Shown piece by piece: positions 23,327-37,598 of a stretch of DNA of 64,000 nt. Each line of letters begins with the position of its first letter. The stretch's first letter is position 1. The translations under genes and the position numbers were made by a program. Below the pieces are notes generated by a model. It was not told the DNA's origin. It saw only the letters and a program-made list of their open reading frames with translations, and made no database searches. This stretch comes from Octopus vulgaris (Eukaryota), in the NCBI GenBank assembly GCA_951406725.2, contig OX597815.1, positions 202,802,001-202,866,000 of the forward strand, read 5' to 3'.

Positions 23327-23907
23327 AATGCCCTGATGCAGTATAAATACCCTGATGCAGTACCAGGCAGTGGCTCTCATGGCTTCTGATCTTAACTGAC
23401 TGGAAGTGTTATCATGTACATTGTTTTGTCTGGTATAAAAGATGGGCTACAGCAAATATTCTGCTCAATACCACAGATTTGCTTGTCAGTTGTTTGACCA
23501 TAACCAGTTGAGCATGTCTCTTAGTGGCTGACGATATGTGCATCTCTGATCACGAGCAGAAGTAGTGGGGGAGCATCATAGCCATGTGTTGAGAGGGATT
23601 CTTTGGGGTTTGAATAATTCACTTCTGGAAACATGGGTGGTTCTTTCAACATCCTTAAACAACCCTTAATCAGGGACCTTTTGAGCGGGATGGGCTACTC
23701 AACCTGAAGAAAATTCTAACTGGGTCCCACCTGCAAGGTCATGTGCTGTTTATCTGTTTATCTTGATATGGGATCACCATGTCGCGCATATGGTTGTGAT
23801 GCATGTGTCCGGTGTACCCTTATCAGACGGGTAGTCATGATGGGTATATTGGGCTTCGTATATTTTACCCCAGTGTCACTTTGCTGGCATGCACTGCTCT
23901 CTCACTC
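23327..23907 (+). mobile_element. Repeat family D copy between (AAT)n tracts
   Basis: TGATGCAGTACCAGGCAGTGGCTCTCATGG...CTCTCACTC(AAT)n; related to 24108-24575. Confidence 0.75.
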
Positions 23908-23972
<65 letters not shown>

Positions 23973-23977
23973 TGATG

Positions 23978-24100
<123 letters not shown>

Positions 24101-24107
24101 GCCGCAG

Positions 24108-24575
24108 ACGTGATGCAGTTCCAGGCAGTGGCTCTCATGGCTTCTGATCTTAACTGACTGGAAGTATTATCATGTACATTGTTTTATCTTGGTATAAAAA
24201 GATGGGGTACAGCAAATATTCAGCTCAATACCACAGATTTACTTGTCAGTTGCTTGACCGTGACCAGTTGAGCATAACCCTTAATGGCTGATGACATGTG
24301 CATCTCTGATCACGATCAGAAGTAGTGGTGGAGAATCATAGCCATGTGTTGAGAGGAATTCTTTAGGGTTTGGTTAATTCACCTCTGGAAACATGGGTGT
24401 TTTGTTGAACATCTCTAAACAAACCTTAGTCAGGGAACGTTTGAGCGGGATGAGCCATTCGACCTGAAGACGATTCTAACTTGGCCTCACCTCCAAGGTC
24501 ATGCGCCGTTAATCTTGGTATAAGATCAACATGTCACGCACATGTGGTTGTGATGCATGTGCCTGGTATACCCTT
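24108..24575 (+). mobile_element. Repeat family D copy, 3' truncated
   Basis: Aligns with 23333-23820. Confidence 0.75.
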
Positions 24576-25284
24576 TTGGAAAGTTGGAACTTTTCTGGCA
24601 ATTATTCGATTCAAACATAAATAACCACAAAAACATTAGTTAAAAATAACATAACAAATAATATTAGGCTGTACACAGAGTATCCGATTTCGTTTCCCTT
24701 AGAATAATAGAATTTGAGAAAAGTGATTCTAGAGTATATACAAACCCTACAAGCGTACCCAAGTCAGAATAAATCCTACCTTTGCATAAAACTCATGTTA
24801 ATTTCACATGATTAAAGTAGGGAATGTTAAAAGACAATTTAGAATGGAATTAGTAGCTGAGTTGTAACAATATTAGTTATTGACTATACATTATTTCGGT
24901 GGGTGTAATTTAAACTCATTTGACCGTTCCAGGAAAGTATTTATTTTATCGCATTTGATATAATAATCACAAGAGAGTCGGCAACTAAATATACAATATA
25001 GACGTGTGGTATATAAATATGCACATTTGCAATGATTTAATTCCTTTTAGACGCTTTCAACATAAAAGAAATTAATTAAGTCAATGGTAAAATATTTATT
25101 GTAATTGAATTAAAAATGTATGTTAAAATAATTATTCAGTCAGTTAATAATTATTCAGTCAGTGTTATGATTTCAAATAAATACGAGAGACACTTCTATT
25201 AATGGTTCGTAATTATCTTGAACATATTTTCAACATGCTACCTAATTGCGTATGTTAAATCCGATTTAATTTTTGTTTTTCATT

Positions 25285-25395
25285 CAAATGAAAGTGCAAC
25301 GGACCTCTGCAGAATGTGTGGGAAGAGGATCGAAAGTGTGATTCACATTGTTAGTACTTGTAAAAATCTTGCGCAGAGAGAGTACAATGACAAGT
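25285..25395 (+). mobile_element. Small R4/Dong zinc-knuckle fragment
   Basis: LCRMCGKRIESVIHIVSTCKNLAQREY. Confidence 0.65.
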
Positions 25396-27982
25396 CGATG
25401 ACAAGCGCCAGCCTCTTTGCTAACACTTCGGCCAAAATTTTGTAATCTGTATTTAGCAGTTACCGGCCTAAAGTTATCAACAATGTCCCCCTTGTTCGGA
25501 TCCATTTTCAGTTGCGTCACCACACCTCGGCTCACAGATCAGGGAATTCTCCCATTCTGCTGCCAGTTGCGTTAGACGTCTACCAAAAGCTCACCAAATG
25601 AGTCTGGTATATATATGTAAAGCTCGAAGGGCAGGCCATCCAATTTCAAAGATCTCTACCTCGTGCAACAAGCCAATGCTCCTGGAATATCTTCAGCTGT
25701 TATCAGCATTTCTCAGAACACCACGTCCCTGGCCGAAAGCCGAAGCATACCATCACGGCAGGAAGTGAGGTTCCCCTCCGCCTCTGGGCCACCACGCGTC
25801 CCGTACAGTTCAGCACAATCTGCTTCGACTCGTGTAGCATGCGCCCGTCCCGACACCTCAAGACCGTATTGTAGTTTTATTACCACGTTGCGCCTCGGCC
25901 ACCCAGGCGCATCGAACAGCTTTCGTTCCCTCCTGCTTTAGAGCACGCGCCCTAGCTCTCACAATGCAACCTTCATGCTTGGTGCGGAAAAGTTGGCTCA
26001 GAACGAATCTCGCTGCCAGCACGGCGGTTGCTATGTCTCTACTGAGTGTTACTTCTAATTTCCTAACTAGGTCTCCCTCTACTCTAATCTTCTCTATCAC
26101 CAGTTCTCTTTAAATTCTTCAGCTTCTACTCTAATACCTTGTTTTAGGGTCCCCCACAATCGGTTGTTGACGACTGCACCCGTGAACGTTCGATGAACTA
26201 ATTTGCTAAGCCGATCTCTGAAAGCTTGACGCATCGCAAAGGACGCGTTCATCTTCCAGTAGTCGGGTCCCTACATATGGAGCTTATCTAGGTCAACTGT
26301 ACAGAACACAAATTTGTGGTCTGTGTTGCTGACGAATTCAAATTGTGGATACCCTATACTATACCTATCTGCTAGTCTACAAAATACCCTGTCTAGATAA
26401 AATCTTGATGACCCGACACTGTTTGCCCATGTCTACACTGGAGTGTTCGTGAAATTCAGTCTGAACCTGTCCGCCAGTTGGAAACGACTGAGCAGGTTTG
26501 CGAGGCTTGCAATGTCATACAGGAAATTCCGCTTAATGCTCGTATAAGCCTCTAATGTCATTCACACCATCATTAGGCTCTGTGGTACTCAAAAAGTGTT
26601 GGGGCTGCAGATCACTCCCCTTTGTTTCAATGTTCTCGTTTTGTGCTTTGGGAGCCACCAGCTTTTCATCGGCCCTCCTCACTAGCACGAAATTCCGCTG
26701 CTGCGCGAATTGCTGTTGTTGCTGTTGTTGTGGGTGTTTGTAACGGTGTTGGTAATTGCAGTGCTTGTAGTGTGGGTGCTGCCATCAGTGTGTCAGTGTT
26801 TGCCGCTTCTTGGATTTCTCTCATTTTTCTGTGCCTCTTCTTTTTGGTCTTTGTGCTCCTCCTCATCATCACTTGGATGCGCGGAGGAGCCCGTGTTACG
26901 TATGTTGTCTTCTGATGTTGTTTGTTCTGGTTCTCTTGTAGTAGTTATGGTTGCTCCTGCTACTGTAGCTTCCGCCACTGCTGCTGGTGCTACCCCAACT
27001 ACCACCTTTACTGTAATACCTACCTCTTTTGTCTCATTGGTTCAATTTCTGCTTCTATTCCCCTGCCTTTCTGTTGTTGTTGTTTCCGTCGACTCATGGG
27101 ATGAGGGGATTTCGTTTGGACATTTCTTTTTACCCTTCTGTTCTGGTTCTGTGAGCAGAAAAATCTTACGTGGTCCGTTGAACCACAATCGCAACACTTC
27201 GGTTTTCTGCACTCAATGTTCACCCTTAATGCTACTCTATTCGAGTGGAAATCAGGTCTGGGACTTTCTCTAGCTGCTCTGGTTTCACGTGGAGAAGAAC
27301 TGCCAAGGTAGTCCCAACGCAATCCTTCCTCCTTGACCTTTTAATATCCATAAGGTTCTTTCCCCTGTCCGTACAAATACAAGCGAGAATCCACCATCAA
27401 TCCAGGCCTGGTGTGACTCCAGATGCTGTAATTCGCACCACTTTTCTTCCAATGTACGTTGGGAAGAGGGCGATTTCCTCGGTACGACGCGTGGTCACCG
27501 AGCTTTGTATCGACTGCCCCTCGGCCTTAAAAAGGACCTCTACCCCGCCTACTGCCTCGCTGTCGCAATGTAGGGGATATCCTGCCATATGTTTTTCAAG
27601 GCTTGATCGTCCTGGTTACATTTAGCATTTTTCGAGTTTCCTTTTCATTGTGTTCACGCACCTGTAGACAACTATCTGTTTGGCTGTTGCTTCAAGCACA
27701 TCGCTTGGAGGCATCAATTCTACCTTCCTTGCATTCATTTTCATAAAATTTTAAAACTATTTAGTCTTTCTATTTTGTTCTCCAAATTCCATAGCTGCCG
27801 CGATATTTGCAAAGGTCTGTTTCCCGTCGCTAACTCCATTTTTGTTAGACTCTTTGTATCAGCAGCTGCTTTCAATATTCTTCGTGCTACTACAATTTCC
27901 ATGTAGTGAGGAAAATTTTACTTCTTCCTTCTTCTCGTCTTCTTTCTGCTTTTCATCTTGTTTCTTCTTTTCTTGACTCTTC

Positions 27983-28013
<31 letters not shown>

Positions 28014-28416
28014 CTTCTTCTTCTTCTTCTTCTTCTTCTTCTTCTTCTTCTTCTTCTTCTTCTTCTTCTGTTCATTCCTTCTTTTCCTCCTGTTGTCTTC
28101 TGCCAATCATAATGGGGACGAAGAGGAAGTCCTCGTGCAAATGGCTGTACCACCTTACTTCCTTACTTCCGTTTTTCGTCGCCATTTTCAATGTTTACTT
28201 TCTTCGAAGCAAATTTTCGAAGAAACTGGAAAATAAAATGACTTGTATCACCACCAAAATGGGGTTTTGGTTAATAAAAGGCAGCACCCACACACTCGCC
28301 CCAGAAGGGCAACTGGCTTGCAAAACGATTTAAGCAACAAAATGCAGTATAGAACGTTTTAAACAAGTGATTTAGTCATAAACTTACAGTGCTCCAAAAA
28401 CGCACCTCCAGCTACC
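25396..28416 (-). mobile_element. Decayed L1/Tx1-clade LINE (5' UTR, ORF1 with CCHC knuckle, APE endonuclease, start of RT)
   Basis: ORF1 pieces incl. CCDCGSTDHVRFFC; endonuclease YLDRVF...TDHKFV...YWKMNAS; EGCIVRAR; DGLPFELY; GVVT.L...GD.VDNFRPVT...KILAEVLAKRL; many stops and frameshifts. Confidence 0.82.
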
Positions 28417-28484
<68 letters not shown>

Positions 28485-28780
28485 GGTAACTAGAATGTGG
28501 AACCTGAAAACAGAAACAATTCCTATCATAGTAGGTGCATTAGGCATGATAAAAAAATATTCAGACAAATACATAACAAAAACACCAGGACTTACAAACA
28601 CATATAACATACAGAAAATTGCACTACTAGGCACTGCACACATCCTACGCAGAACACTTTCCATACAATAACCATCAGAGCATCACAACAAATCACAGCA
28701 CATACCCAAGGCACACAGAGCTGCGCTCGGTAGTGAAGTGAAAGCACGCTATAAAAATAAAACTACTGAATAATAATAAT
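28485..28780 (+). mobile_element. Short 3' fragment of the same R4/Dong family as 22621-23326
   Basis: Identical by eye to 23021-23316; preceded and followed by (AAT)n. Confidence 0.92.
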
Positions 28781-29326
28781 GATAATGATGATGATGATGA
28801 TGACGATGATGATGAAGAAGAAGAAGAAGAAGAAGAAGAAGAAGAAGAAGAAGAAGAAGAAGAAGAAGAAGAAGAAGAAGAAGAAGAATGTTTTCTATAT
28901 ATTTTTTAAATAATCTTCATTGTTTGTTAGTTTCCACACATGTTTTTTTCATCCCACTCATCCGATATTTGACATTAACCATCTCAAGAACAATACCTAG
29001 CAACCCAGTATATAATATCTACTTCCATTATTCACAATACATCTAATAGCACAATAATCAGTTTATTGTGTCTGACATCAATTAATTAAATAAGTTTAAA
29101 AACATATTTCATCATATTTACGACAATTATCGTAGCATTCATCTTGAGATTTTTTTATGTTCTGCAATCTGCGTGATTACTTATTGAAGAAAATAATATT
29201 TGTAATATGAAAGTTCAACGTATCATAATTATGTACATCCATTTAAGAAAGAAATACTTACGAATCACTAATAGTTATAACTTAAATAGATATGTTATTA
29301 TGAATGAATAAGAAAAAAATATATAC

Positions 29327-29494
29327 AGGAGTGGGGCAGGAGTGGCTGTGTGGTAAGTAGCTTGCTAACCAACCACATGGTTCTGGGTTCAGTCCCACTG
29401 CGTGGCATCTTGGGCATGTGTCTTCTGCTATAGCCCCGGGCTGACCAATGCCTTGTGAGTGGATTTGGTAGACAGAAACTGAAAGAAGCCTGTC

Positions 29495-29570
<76 letters not shown>

Positions 29571-29792
29571 GTGTGTGTGTTTGTGTGTCTGTGTTTGTCC
29601 CCCTAGCATTGCTTGACAACCGATGCTGGTGTGTTTACGTCCCCGTCACTTAGCGGTTCGGCAAAAGACACCGATAGAATAAGTACTGGGCTTACAAAAG
29701 AATAAGTCCCGGGGTCGATTTGCTCGACTAAAGGCGGTGCTCCAGCATGGCCGCAGTCAAATGACTGAAACAAGTAAAAGAGTAAAAGAGAG
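29327..29792 (+). mobile_element. SINE family A
   Basis: Reverse complement of 3451-3906. Confidence 0.9.
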
Positions 29793-30646
29793 TGTACGAA
29801 GATATATGATTTGTTTATTTTCGGTTCTAAACTTTTCGAGATGAAGCCCTGCTGCTATAAACAAAGAAGAAAGAAGATAATCAAGATATACCAGGAACAT
29901 GACATGTTCTATCAAATGTTCCTTCATAACACTTTGACGAGTGTTTCGTCTAGATTCAGCTTTAGGCTTCATTTCTCAATCAAATAATATTAATACGACG
30001 TTGAAATTAACGTCTGTGAACTGGCAGAGTCGCTGGCGCCCCAACCAAATTGTTTAGAGGTATTTCTTTAAGGTTTTACGTTATGAATTCAAATGCGGTC
30101 GTAGTAGATTTCGTATTTCACCCTTTCGGGGTCGATAAAATATTGTGCCCGGTAGTCCGTGGAGACGATGTAATCGATACTCTTGTTTATAAATTTCAGG
30201 CCATGTAGACAGAATTAACAAGATGAATTATGCTTGTATATAAAGAATATTTGTTGACTTCTCTTCAACTCATTCTGTTGCCAATAAATCAAAAATTAAT
30301 GACAACTTTTAGGTTCTCGAACAATTTCGATTTCAGGATTGATTTATTTACCATCACTTATATTGATATTCCACTCGAAAAGAATTAATATGATGTTCTC
30401 ATACAAATTAATTGTCTGTTACTTGAGCATTATACGTTAAGTTCATTTAAACATGAGTGTAACTTATTAGTTAGATATGTTAACATGTCTACAGCAGCAA
30501 TAGTGAATATTGAATGTTGCTTATTGTCATTGTTAATATTAAGCGAGTACGCACAAACAAATGCGTTAAAATGGTAATAATTCTGACTAATTTTGAGTGA
30601 ACTATGTGGCATGCACGGTGTTCCACGGTATACTCATACACATCCA

Positions 30647-30878
30647 GGGCGGCGAGCTGGCAGAAACGTTAGCACGCCGGGCGAAATGCTTAGCGGTATT
30701 TCGTCTGCCGTAACGTTGTGAGTTCAAATTCCGCCGAGGTCGACTTTGCCTTTCATCCTTTCGGAGTCGATAAATTAAGTACCAATTACGCACTGGGGTC
30801 GATGTAATCGACTTAATACCTATGTCTGTCCTTGTTTGTCCCCTCTGTATTTAGCCCCTTGTGGGTAATAAAGAAATA
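30647..30878 (+). mobile_element. SINE family B with 16-bp TSD
   Basis: TSD GGTATACTCATACACA at 30627-30642 and 30879-30894. Confidence 0.9.
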
Positions 30879-31320
30879 GGTATACTCATACACACCCACA
30901 CACATACACGTGTGTGTGTGTGTGTGTGTTTGTGTGTATACGAGTGAGTGCGTATGCCTACATATAGTTATCTATAGTTATCGAACAGTATATGAAATAC
31001 GAAACCGCCTCTTTGCTATTTCGAAAAGATACAAATCACTTTTGACCAGTTCATAAGAACCAATATTGATTTGTGATAATAGCACATAGATATAACTGCA
31101 TGTTTATATCGACTGGAACAGTAAATGTATATGCAATCGATTGAATTAGTCCAATGTATATATAACTTATCAATTCTACGTAATAACGTGAAACATTTCT
31201 GAAAAATTGCTCTCGGCAAGATTTGAATATAAAATGCAAAGCTTGAGATCGACGACAATCAGTCATGATTCACATTTTATAATAACTTCCATCCTGGATC
31301 TATTCGTTGCAGGAAGATGA

Positions 31321-31531
31321 CTCTCTTTACTCTTTTACTTGTTTCAGTCATTTGACTGCGGCCATGCTGGAGCACCGCCTTTAATTGAGCAAATCGACCC
31401 CGGGACTTATTCTTTTGTAAGCCCAGTACTTATTCTATCGGTCTCTTTTGCCGAACCGCTAAGTGACGGGGACATAAACACGCCAGCATCGGTTGTCAAG
31501 CAATGCTAGGGGGACAAACACAGACACACAA

Positions 31532-31578
<47 letters not shown>

Positions 31579-31746
31579 TATACGACGGGCTTCTTTCAGT
31601 TTCCGTCTACCAAATCCACTCACAAGGCTTTGTTAGACAGAGGCTATAGTAGAAGACACTTGCGCAACGTACCACGCAGTGGGACTGAACCCGGAACCAT
31701 GTGGCTGGTAAACAAGCTACTTACCACACAGCCACTCCTGCGCCTA
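31321..31746 (-). mobile_element. SINE family A
   Basis: Near-identical to 3451-3906. Confidence 0.9.
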
Positions 31747-32872
31747 TGACTGAATGCATAAAAAGTAGAAAGTGCGAATCACTCATGACAAAGTCACAGA
31801 TTTTGTTTAAAGTTGCTTTAAAATTACAAGGAATAATTACAGAGTCAAAGAATTATCACTTCATATTGAATAGCAGAGTCACATAGACACGACCAGAAAA
31901 CTGATGATGAATGCATATATAATATACATATCAAGGAATTGCTTTCAGAGATGGATATATGCTTATATATAATGGCTAAAATGTTGAAATATTGATAAGT
32001 TTATAGATGTAGCTAGAGTAAGAAGAGAGTTGAATAAGATCTTCACGCAGTGGTATAGCAACGAAGGGACCCATTTATTTTGGTGTTTGTATATTTAGAC
32101 AATAGCAGCAAGTTCTTTGAAATCACATACCGCTAGCATTAAATGAGTGTAGTATATGTTTGGTTTTGATCATTAGTGTTCTGAATCAAGGCAATCATGT
32201 TGCTAAACAAAAACAACAAAACAACGTGATATGGAAGAAACAAACGAATTATTTCTATATTCAAGCGTCAAATTGCTTCAACGAGTTAATATTTCAATAT
32301 ATTCGTTTGGGAATAAATGTGATTTGAATTATAAACAGTTGCAAGTTTATGATGCAGCCACAGAAATTAGGAATACAATGAAGTTCAGGCAAATAAATGA
32401 ATTTTTTCTAAATATAGTGCTGCCAAAAATAAAGAATAAAACTAACAGAACGACGTGAATAGCGTTTAGATTAACAAAGAAATGTACTTTTTATTCCAAG
32501 GAAAAGTCTTTTAAATTATTGCTTATTTATGTAATATAAACAGAACATGATAGCACTGAATGATTAAGTTTGCAATACATTACATGCTCTGCTACAGCTG
32601 GGCAAGAATAAATTCAAAACAAATACTGAACCAACATAAAATGTCTTTGCGTGGCGACTTCATCGGCAAGAAACAGCAGCCGAATTTCCCTAAAGCTACA
32701 TTAAACTGTCTTACAGAAAATAATAAAAAGAATACATTGGATAACGTACTTAGGGAATGAGTATATTGAAAACAATACAAGAGTAGTTCTTTTATGGAGG
32801 AGTCGAGTTTGATCATAGGTCTAGGTTTCGATTTGAGGTTGCACAATAATACGCTAACACATTCACAAGTAG

Positions 32873-32899
<27 letters not shown>

Positions 32900-32908
<9 letters not shown>

Positions 32909-33188
32909 ATCCAAACAAGAAAACACAGAAAAAAGAGAAAAAACACAGCATCGCAGGACGTGGAACAATTAAAGTATTATTGACGCTCAGGAAAGAAGGG
33001 AAGGAGGGTTTAACGTTTCGAGCGGAGCTCTTCGTCGGAAACAAGGAGAAGGAAAGATCCCAAGAAGGAAAGACAGAGGAAAAAATATTTGAGCTGGTGG
33101 TGCTCAAGAGATCACATGTTGAAAGAACAGAAGTTGGGAGGTAGTCGAATCATGGTTTTTAAAAGCAAGAGAGTTTCAAAAAAGGAAG

Positions 33189-33232
<44 letters not shown>

Positions 33233-33340
33233 AAGGATGACAAGTGTGTTTGTGCGTGCGTGTGTGTGTGTGTGTGTAGTTTTGGTGAATAATAAGCAAT
33301 GACAAAGTCAGCTGTCATAAGGCACTCCTTTATGACTACT
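32900..33340 (-). mobile_element. PLE terminal remnant
   Basis: Starts at (TA)n, carries the hammerhead at 33008-33042, related to 5675-5890. Confidence 0.5.
33008..33042 (-). ncRNA. Minimal hammerhead motif (C4 variant)
   Basis: GTTT-CCGACGA-A-GAGC TCC GCTC-GAAA-CGT-T-AAAC. Confidence 0.55.
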
Positions 33341-35198
33341 AGCTGTTTGTATCAAGCAAGGTCATATATATATATATACATGTATGCATAAAAACATAAA
33401 TATGTAGATAGCTGGACTGACTTGGGCTTAAGGTAGAAAATAGGAAACTCTGAAATGTAATAGAATGAACAATAAGCTTCAAACGAGAATGACTATATAA
33501 TTGGGTGTCTGTCTGTCTGTCTGTCTGTTTGTATGTGTGTGCGCGCGTGTGTAAGCAAGTTATATACACCGTATTTCAGAAAAATAGAAATGAAAATTCA
33601 TTGAACAAATTTGAAATAACCTTTTTTTTATTGTCTGCAAAACTGTAAGTTTTAATTTAATCTACACTGATAATTTTATGAAAGTCTGATAAAACATCTT
33701 GCCAAAAATAAGCACGTCACGTTTTGCCAATTATTTGGTTGTAATGGCTTGAAAAGTCGAATAAAGAACCTATTACATTTAAGTAAAGATATTTCTTGAC
33801 AGCCAGGCTACTTAAATCTGACAAAATGATTGGGGATTTTCTATTCTGTTAGATTTTTTGTTGTTTTTTTAAACATTTTTTCCTAATATAAAAAGAAAAC
33901 ATACTTAAGTTTTATCTAAAATAATACTTCTTAAATGAACTTATTAAGTTGAAGTTCTCTTTTATTTCATGTCTTAAGATGTTTTTTTAAGTCCTAAAAT
34001 TAATACTATTCAATGTGACATTTGGCACTATTTCTGATAAATCCACTTGCAAATTAAAATACATTTTAGTTGAAAAATAAGATTAAACCCACGCCACGGC
34101 AAGATTTTTGTTTAGATAAATAATAGCATATTTTATATGCAAAAAACAAAACTGAAAATCTGATTTATTCAATGCAGTGATTAAGATATGGTATTTAACA
34201 AATGTTTGAGAGAAAAAGGTCGCCAACAATCATTATTTATCAAGCTAAGATATGTTGATACGTTTTCTAAAGAAATGTAGTTTTGTGTTTTCTGATTCAT
34301 TATATTTCTTTTATAACTATTGGTTTTAAATTTTGTCACGATGCCAGTAAAATGGTAGCTTCTCGAGTCTGGGAATGATGGTTCCACAATTTCTTGTTAA
34401 ACAAGCTAATGATTTGTTTGTAGAGATCAAATTGCTTCACATTAGCTCACTTTTTCTATCAAATAGACATTATCTGTACAGGTGTACATCGTGCCACATG
34501 TCAGGTGTCAAAGCGATCGCAGAGCAACGCAAGATGAAGTGGTTTGCTCAAGAACACATTGCACCATCCGGTTTGGAATTCGAACCTATGATGATGAGAG
34601 CAATTCCCATTTTTTTCTAATTATTAAAACACAAAATTTATATTTGATTGCAACTATATTTTTGGAATAACCTTTATGATTCTCAAGTTTGTTCATACAG
34701 AGAACACCGGTGAGGTCATCTCGTTAAGAAATTCGCATCGCTATCAGTATATTTCGTTTATCACCATAACATCTGGTAGAATTAAGTCTGAAACTGGGTA
34801 AAGAGAAATTATGGGAGTCCAATATGTACTGCACATGTATCTTAGAGAACTCGCCTTGCCATATAATGCGTAACGCTGTCTCTACGTGTAGATTAAGCTT
34901 GGGTACAAATGCATATGGAATTCTCAAAACGAACAACTGGAATACTCACCGTCGCGGATCCACTCACATCTGACTGTAGTTTATATATTCATGAAGACTG
35001 GTGGTGGTGAGAACAGTAGAACTCAGATACTCTCATGCAAAGCGAGTAACACAATTATAACAGGAACATTGAGAGGTGCTGCAACTCTCAGTCTCTCTCT
35101 CTCTCGCTCTCTCTCTTCTTTTCAGTACCACTTTCTCTCACCTTCCATCTTTGCGTATACCCACTTATATACATCCTTAGTCACACACACATATACAT

Positions 35199-35257
<59 letters not shown>

Positions 35258-35593
35258 GTGTGTGTGTGTGTGTGTGTGCGCGCGCACACACATACACACA
35301 TATATAAACAAATATAGAACATGTTGCTACTTCAGTTAATCCCACTATTGCGGCATCTATGTGAATCTGGGAGAGCAAACTACTCGCTTTAGTCAATGAT
35401 TGATAAGAAGTGTAGGTAAAATTAGAGTTCGTACCAGTTGTGTTTAGCTGCGATGTTATTACTTTAATAAATATTAATGTAAAGACTGATGTAAAGGTTA
35501 ATGACTTTACTCGTTTTGTTTGGCTAGCATCTATTTCAGCGTTTTGTAGGACTAACAGTCAAACTAGTGACGATTGTGACAATGGTGATAATG

Positions 35594-35987
35594 ATTTATA
35601 TATAAAAGTGAGGTTGTGTGCTGTCTGTCTCCTACGATTTAGATTCCTAACTACTCCCACATTTTGCAGTGCAGTTTAACCAAAACCGGGTATCTTATAG
35701 TCGTGATTCATATCGAGCCCTTCTGGGTATTAGCGCGCGTCTACGACGAGTCTACGATTTAAAAAAAAATTTACCATCAATTTTTCCCATTTTTAATGCT
35801 TTTTTGGCATATATAAGGGAAGTAACTCTCTAAAAATGTATTATTAAATCTCAGAACGTAAAAAGCTACAGTAACCCCCCCCCTTTGTGGTTAGCCATAT
35901 TGAGATGGCTATTATATTTTACATCTCTAAAATGCTTATATAGTTATTTCCCTTACAAACCCGAGCAACGCCGGGCGATACTGCTAG
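35594..35987 (+). mobile_element. Non-autonomous Helitron
   Basis: 3' CCCGAGCAACGCCGGGCGATACTGCTAG|T (hairpin + CTAG); homologous to 36387-36780. Confidence 0.8.
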
Positions 35988-36386
35988 TGATTTATAAAAT
36001 AGAAGGAACGCCTCACAATTTGGTGGAGTATGTAGACGATAATATCAATCCCAGTACTTTATGATTCCATGAAAAATAATGTGAAAATTACCCTCGGTAG
36101 ACTTATAAGTAGAACCATGTATGTGGTGATATAAATGCTAGATGTCAATTAATTCGGCGTCCTAACCTATCCGGTAATAATATACGGAATATATGCGTAT
36201 AAAATCACACTTTATTTTTATGTGTGTATGAATGAAAGCGTTTCTGTTTCAGATAAGCAGCATTTAGCTGTTAATTGTCGTGTTTTATATCTACAAATGT
36301 TGTCTAAGTTAACTGCACTTAGTAGAATCGAATAATATGTCCTACTGACCATCTGTAAGAGTGATAATTAATCAATTTATATGCAA

Positions 36387-36780
36387 CTAGCAGTATCGCC
36401 CGGCGTTGCTCGGGTTTGTAAGGGAAATAACTAGAAAGCATTTTTAGAGAGTTATAGCCAAAAAATAGCAACAAAATGCATTAAAAATGGAAAAAATATG
36501 ATGGTAAATTTTTTTTAAATCGTTGACTCATCGTAGACATTTTTAGAGAGTTACTTCCCTTATATTTAAAAAAATATGCATTAAAATGGAAAACAATTAT
36601 GGTAAATTATTTTAAAAATCGTAGACTCATCGTAGACGCGCGCTAATACCCAGAAGGGCTCGATATGAATCACGACTATAAGATACCCGCTTTTGGTTAA
36701 ACTGCACCGCAAAATGTGGGAGTAGTTAGGAATCTAAATCGTAGGAGACAGACACACAACCTTACTTTTATATATAAAGA
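36387..36780 (-). mobile_element. Non-autonomous Helitron
   Basis: Minus strand A|TCTTTATATATAAAAG...hairpin...CTAG|T, the canonical Helitron termini in an AT target. Confidence 0.85.
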
Positions 36781-37129
36781 TATAGTCGGGTCTGTCCTAA
36801 ATTGTTCAAGTCATAGATTCTACTATGTTTTACAAATGAATATATCTGGGTAATTTCAAAAGGGATTTACATATCCACGTACAGAATGCTGCCATATAAA
36901 TAAGATGCTATTTCGCTTCCTTTTAGCAACTTCAATAGAATATACGCAGAATTCTTATGCGTGAAGACGTCAGGTCGATGTTTACGGTCCATAAACCGAC
37001 AACAGTTTAAAATTGCGGTTTTAACGGGCACCCATTTCCAAAAGCATCAGCCTGTCATTTGATTCTGTGGTATCCTAATTTACTTAGGTTAGAAACCTGT
37101 GTAAAGTAAACCAATTCTATCCGATTGGC

Positions 37130-37207
<78 letters not shown>

Positions 37208-37208
<1 letters not shown>

Positions 37209-37598
37209 TAGCAGTATCACCCGGTGTTGCTTGGGTTTGTTTCGACCCTTTAGAATTGGAAATTTTGAAAAGTAAAAATTTTGCATTATGCAACTTGTTA
37301 TTCTCTTCAAGCGAACATTTTTCCAGTTGAAATACACCGAAAAATGGTGACACAGTAGTCAGAAATTGTAAAAAAACAGGGATTTTCATAGAAAAAAAAA
37401 GCACCTTTTTGATGTAAATAATTTTTGGTGTTAACATGGTCCGATTTTAATTTTATCTTCTACAGAATAAAGAGCAGCCCTTCTTCTATCATACTCTCAA
37501 TTTTGGTCAACTTGCGCTGCAGGGCCTCGAAGGAGATAGTGTTAGTTGAAGGCTACCAAACCTGCCACACACAGACAACTTCAGCTTATATATATAGA
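37208..37598 (-). mobile_element. Non-autonomous Helitron, related 3' end with a different body
   Basis: Minus strand A|TCTATATATATAAG...CCCAAGCAACACCGGGTGATACTGCTAG|T. Confidence 0.8.

Noticed and set aside
34941-35090. Minus-strand first exon with GTGAGT donors
   Set aside because: Donor-like motifs alone; no ORF or partner exon
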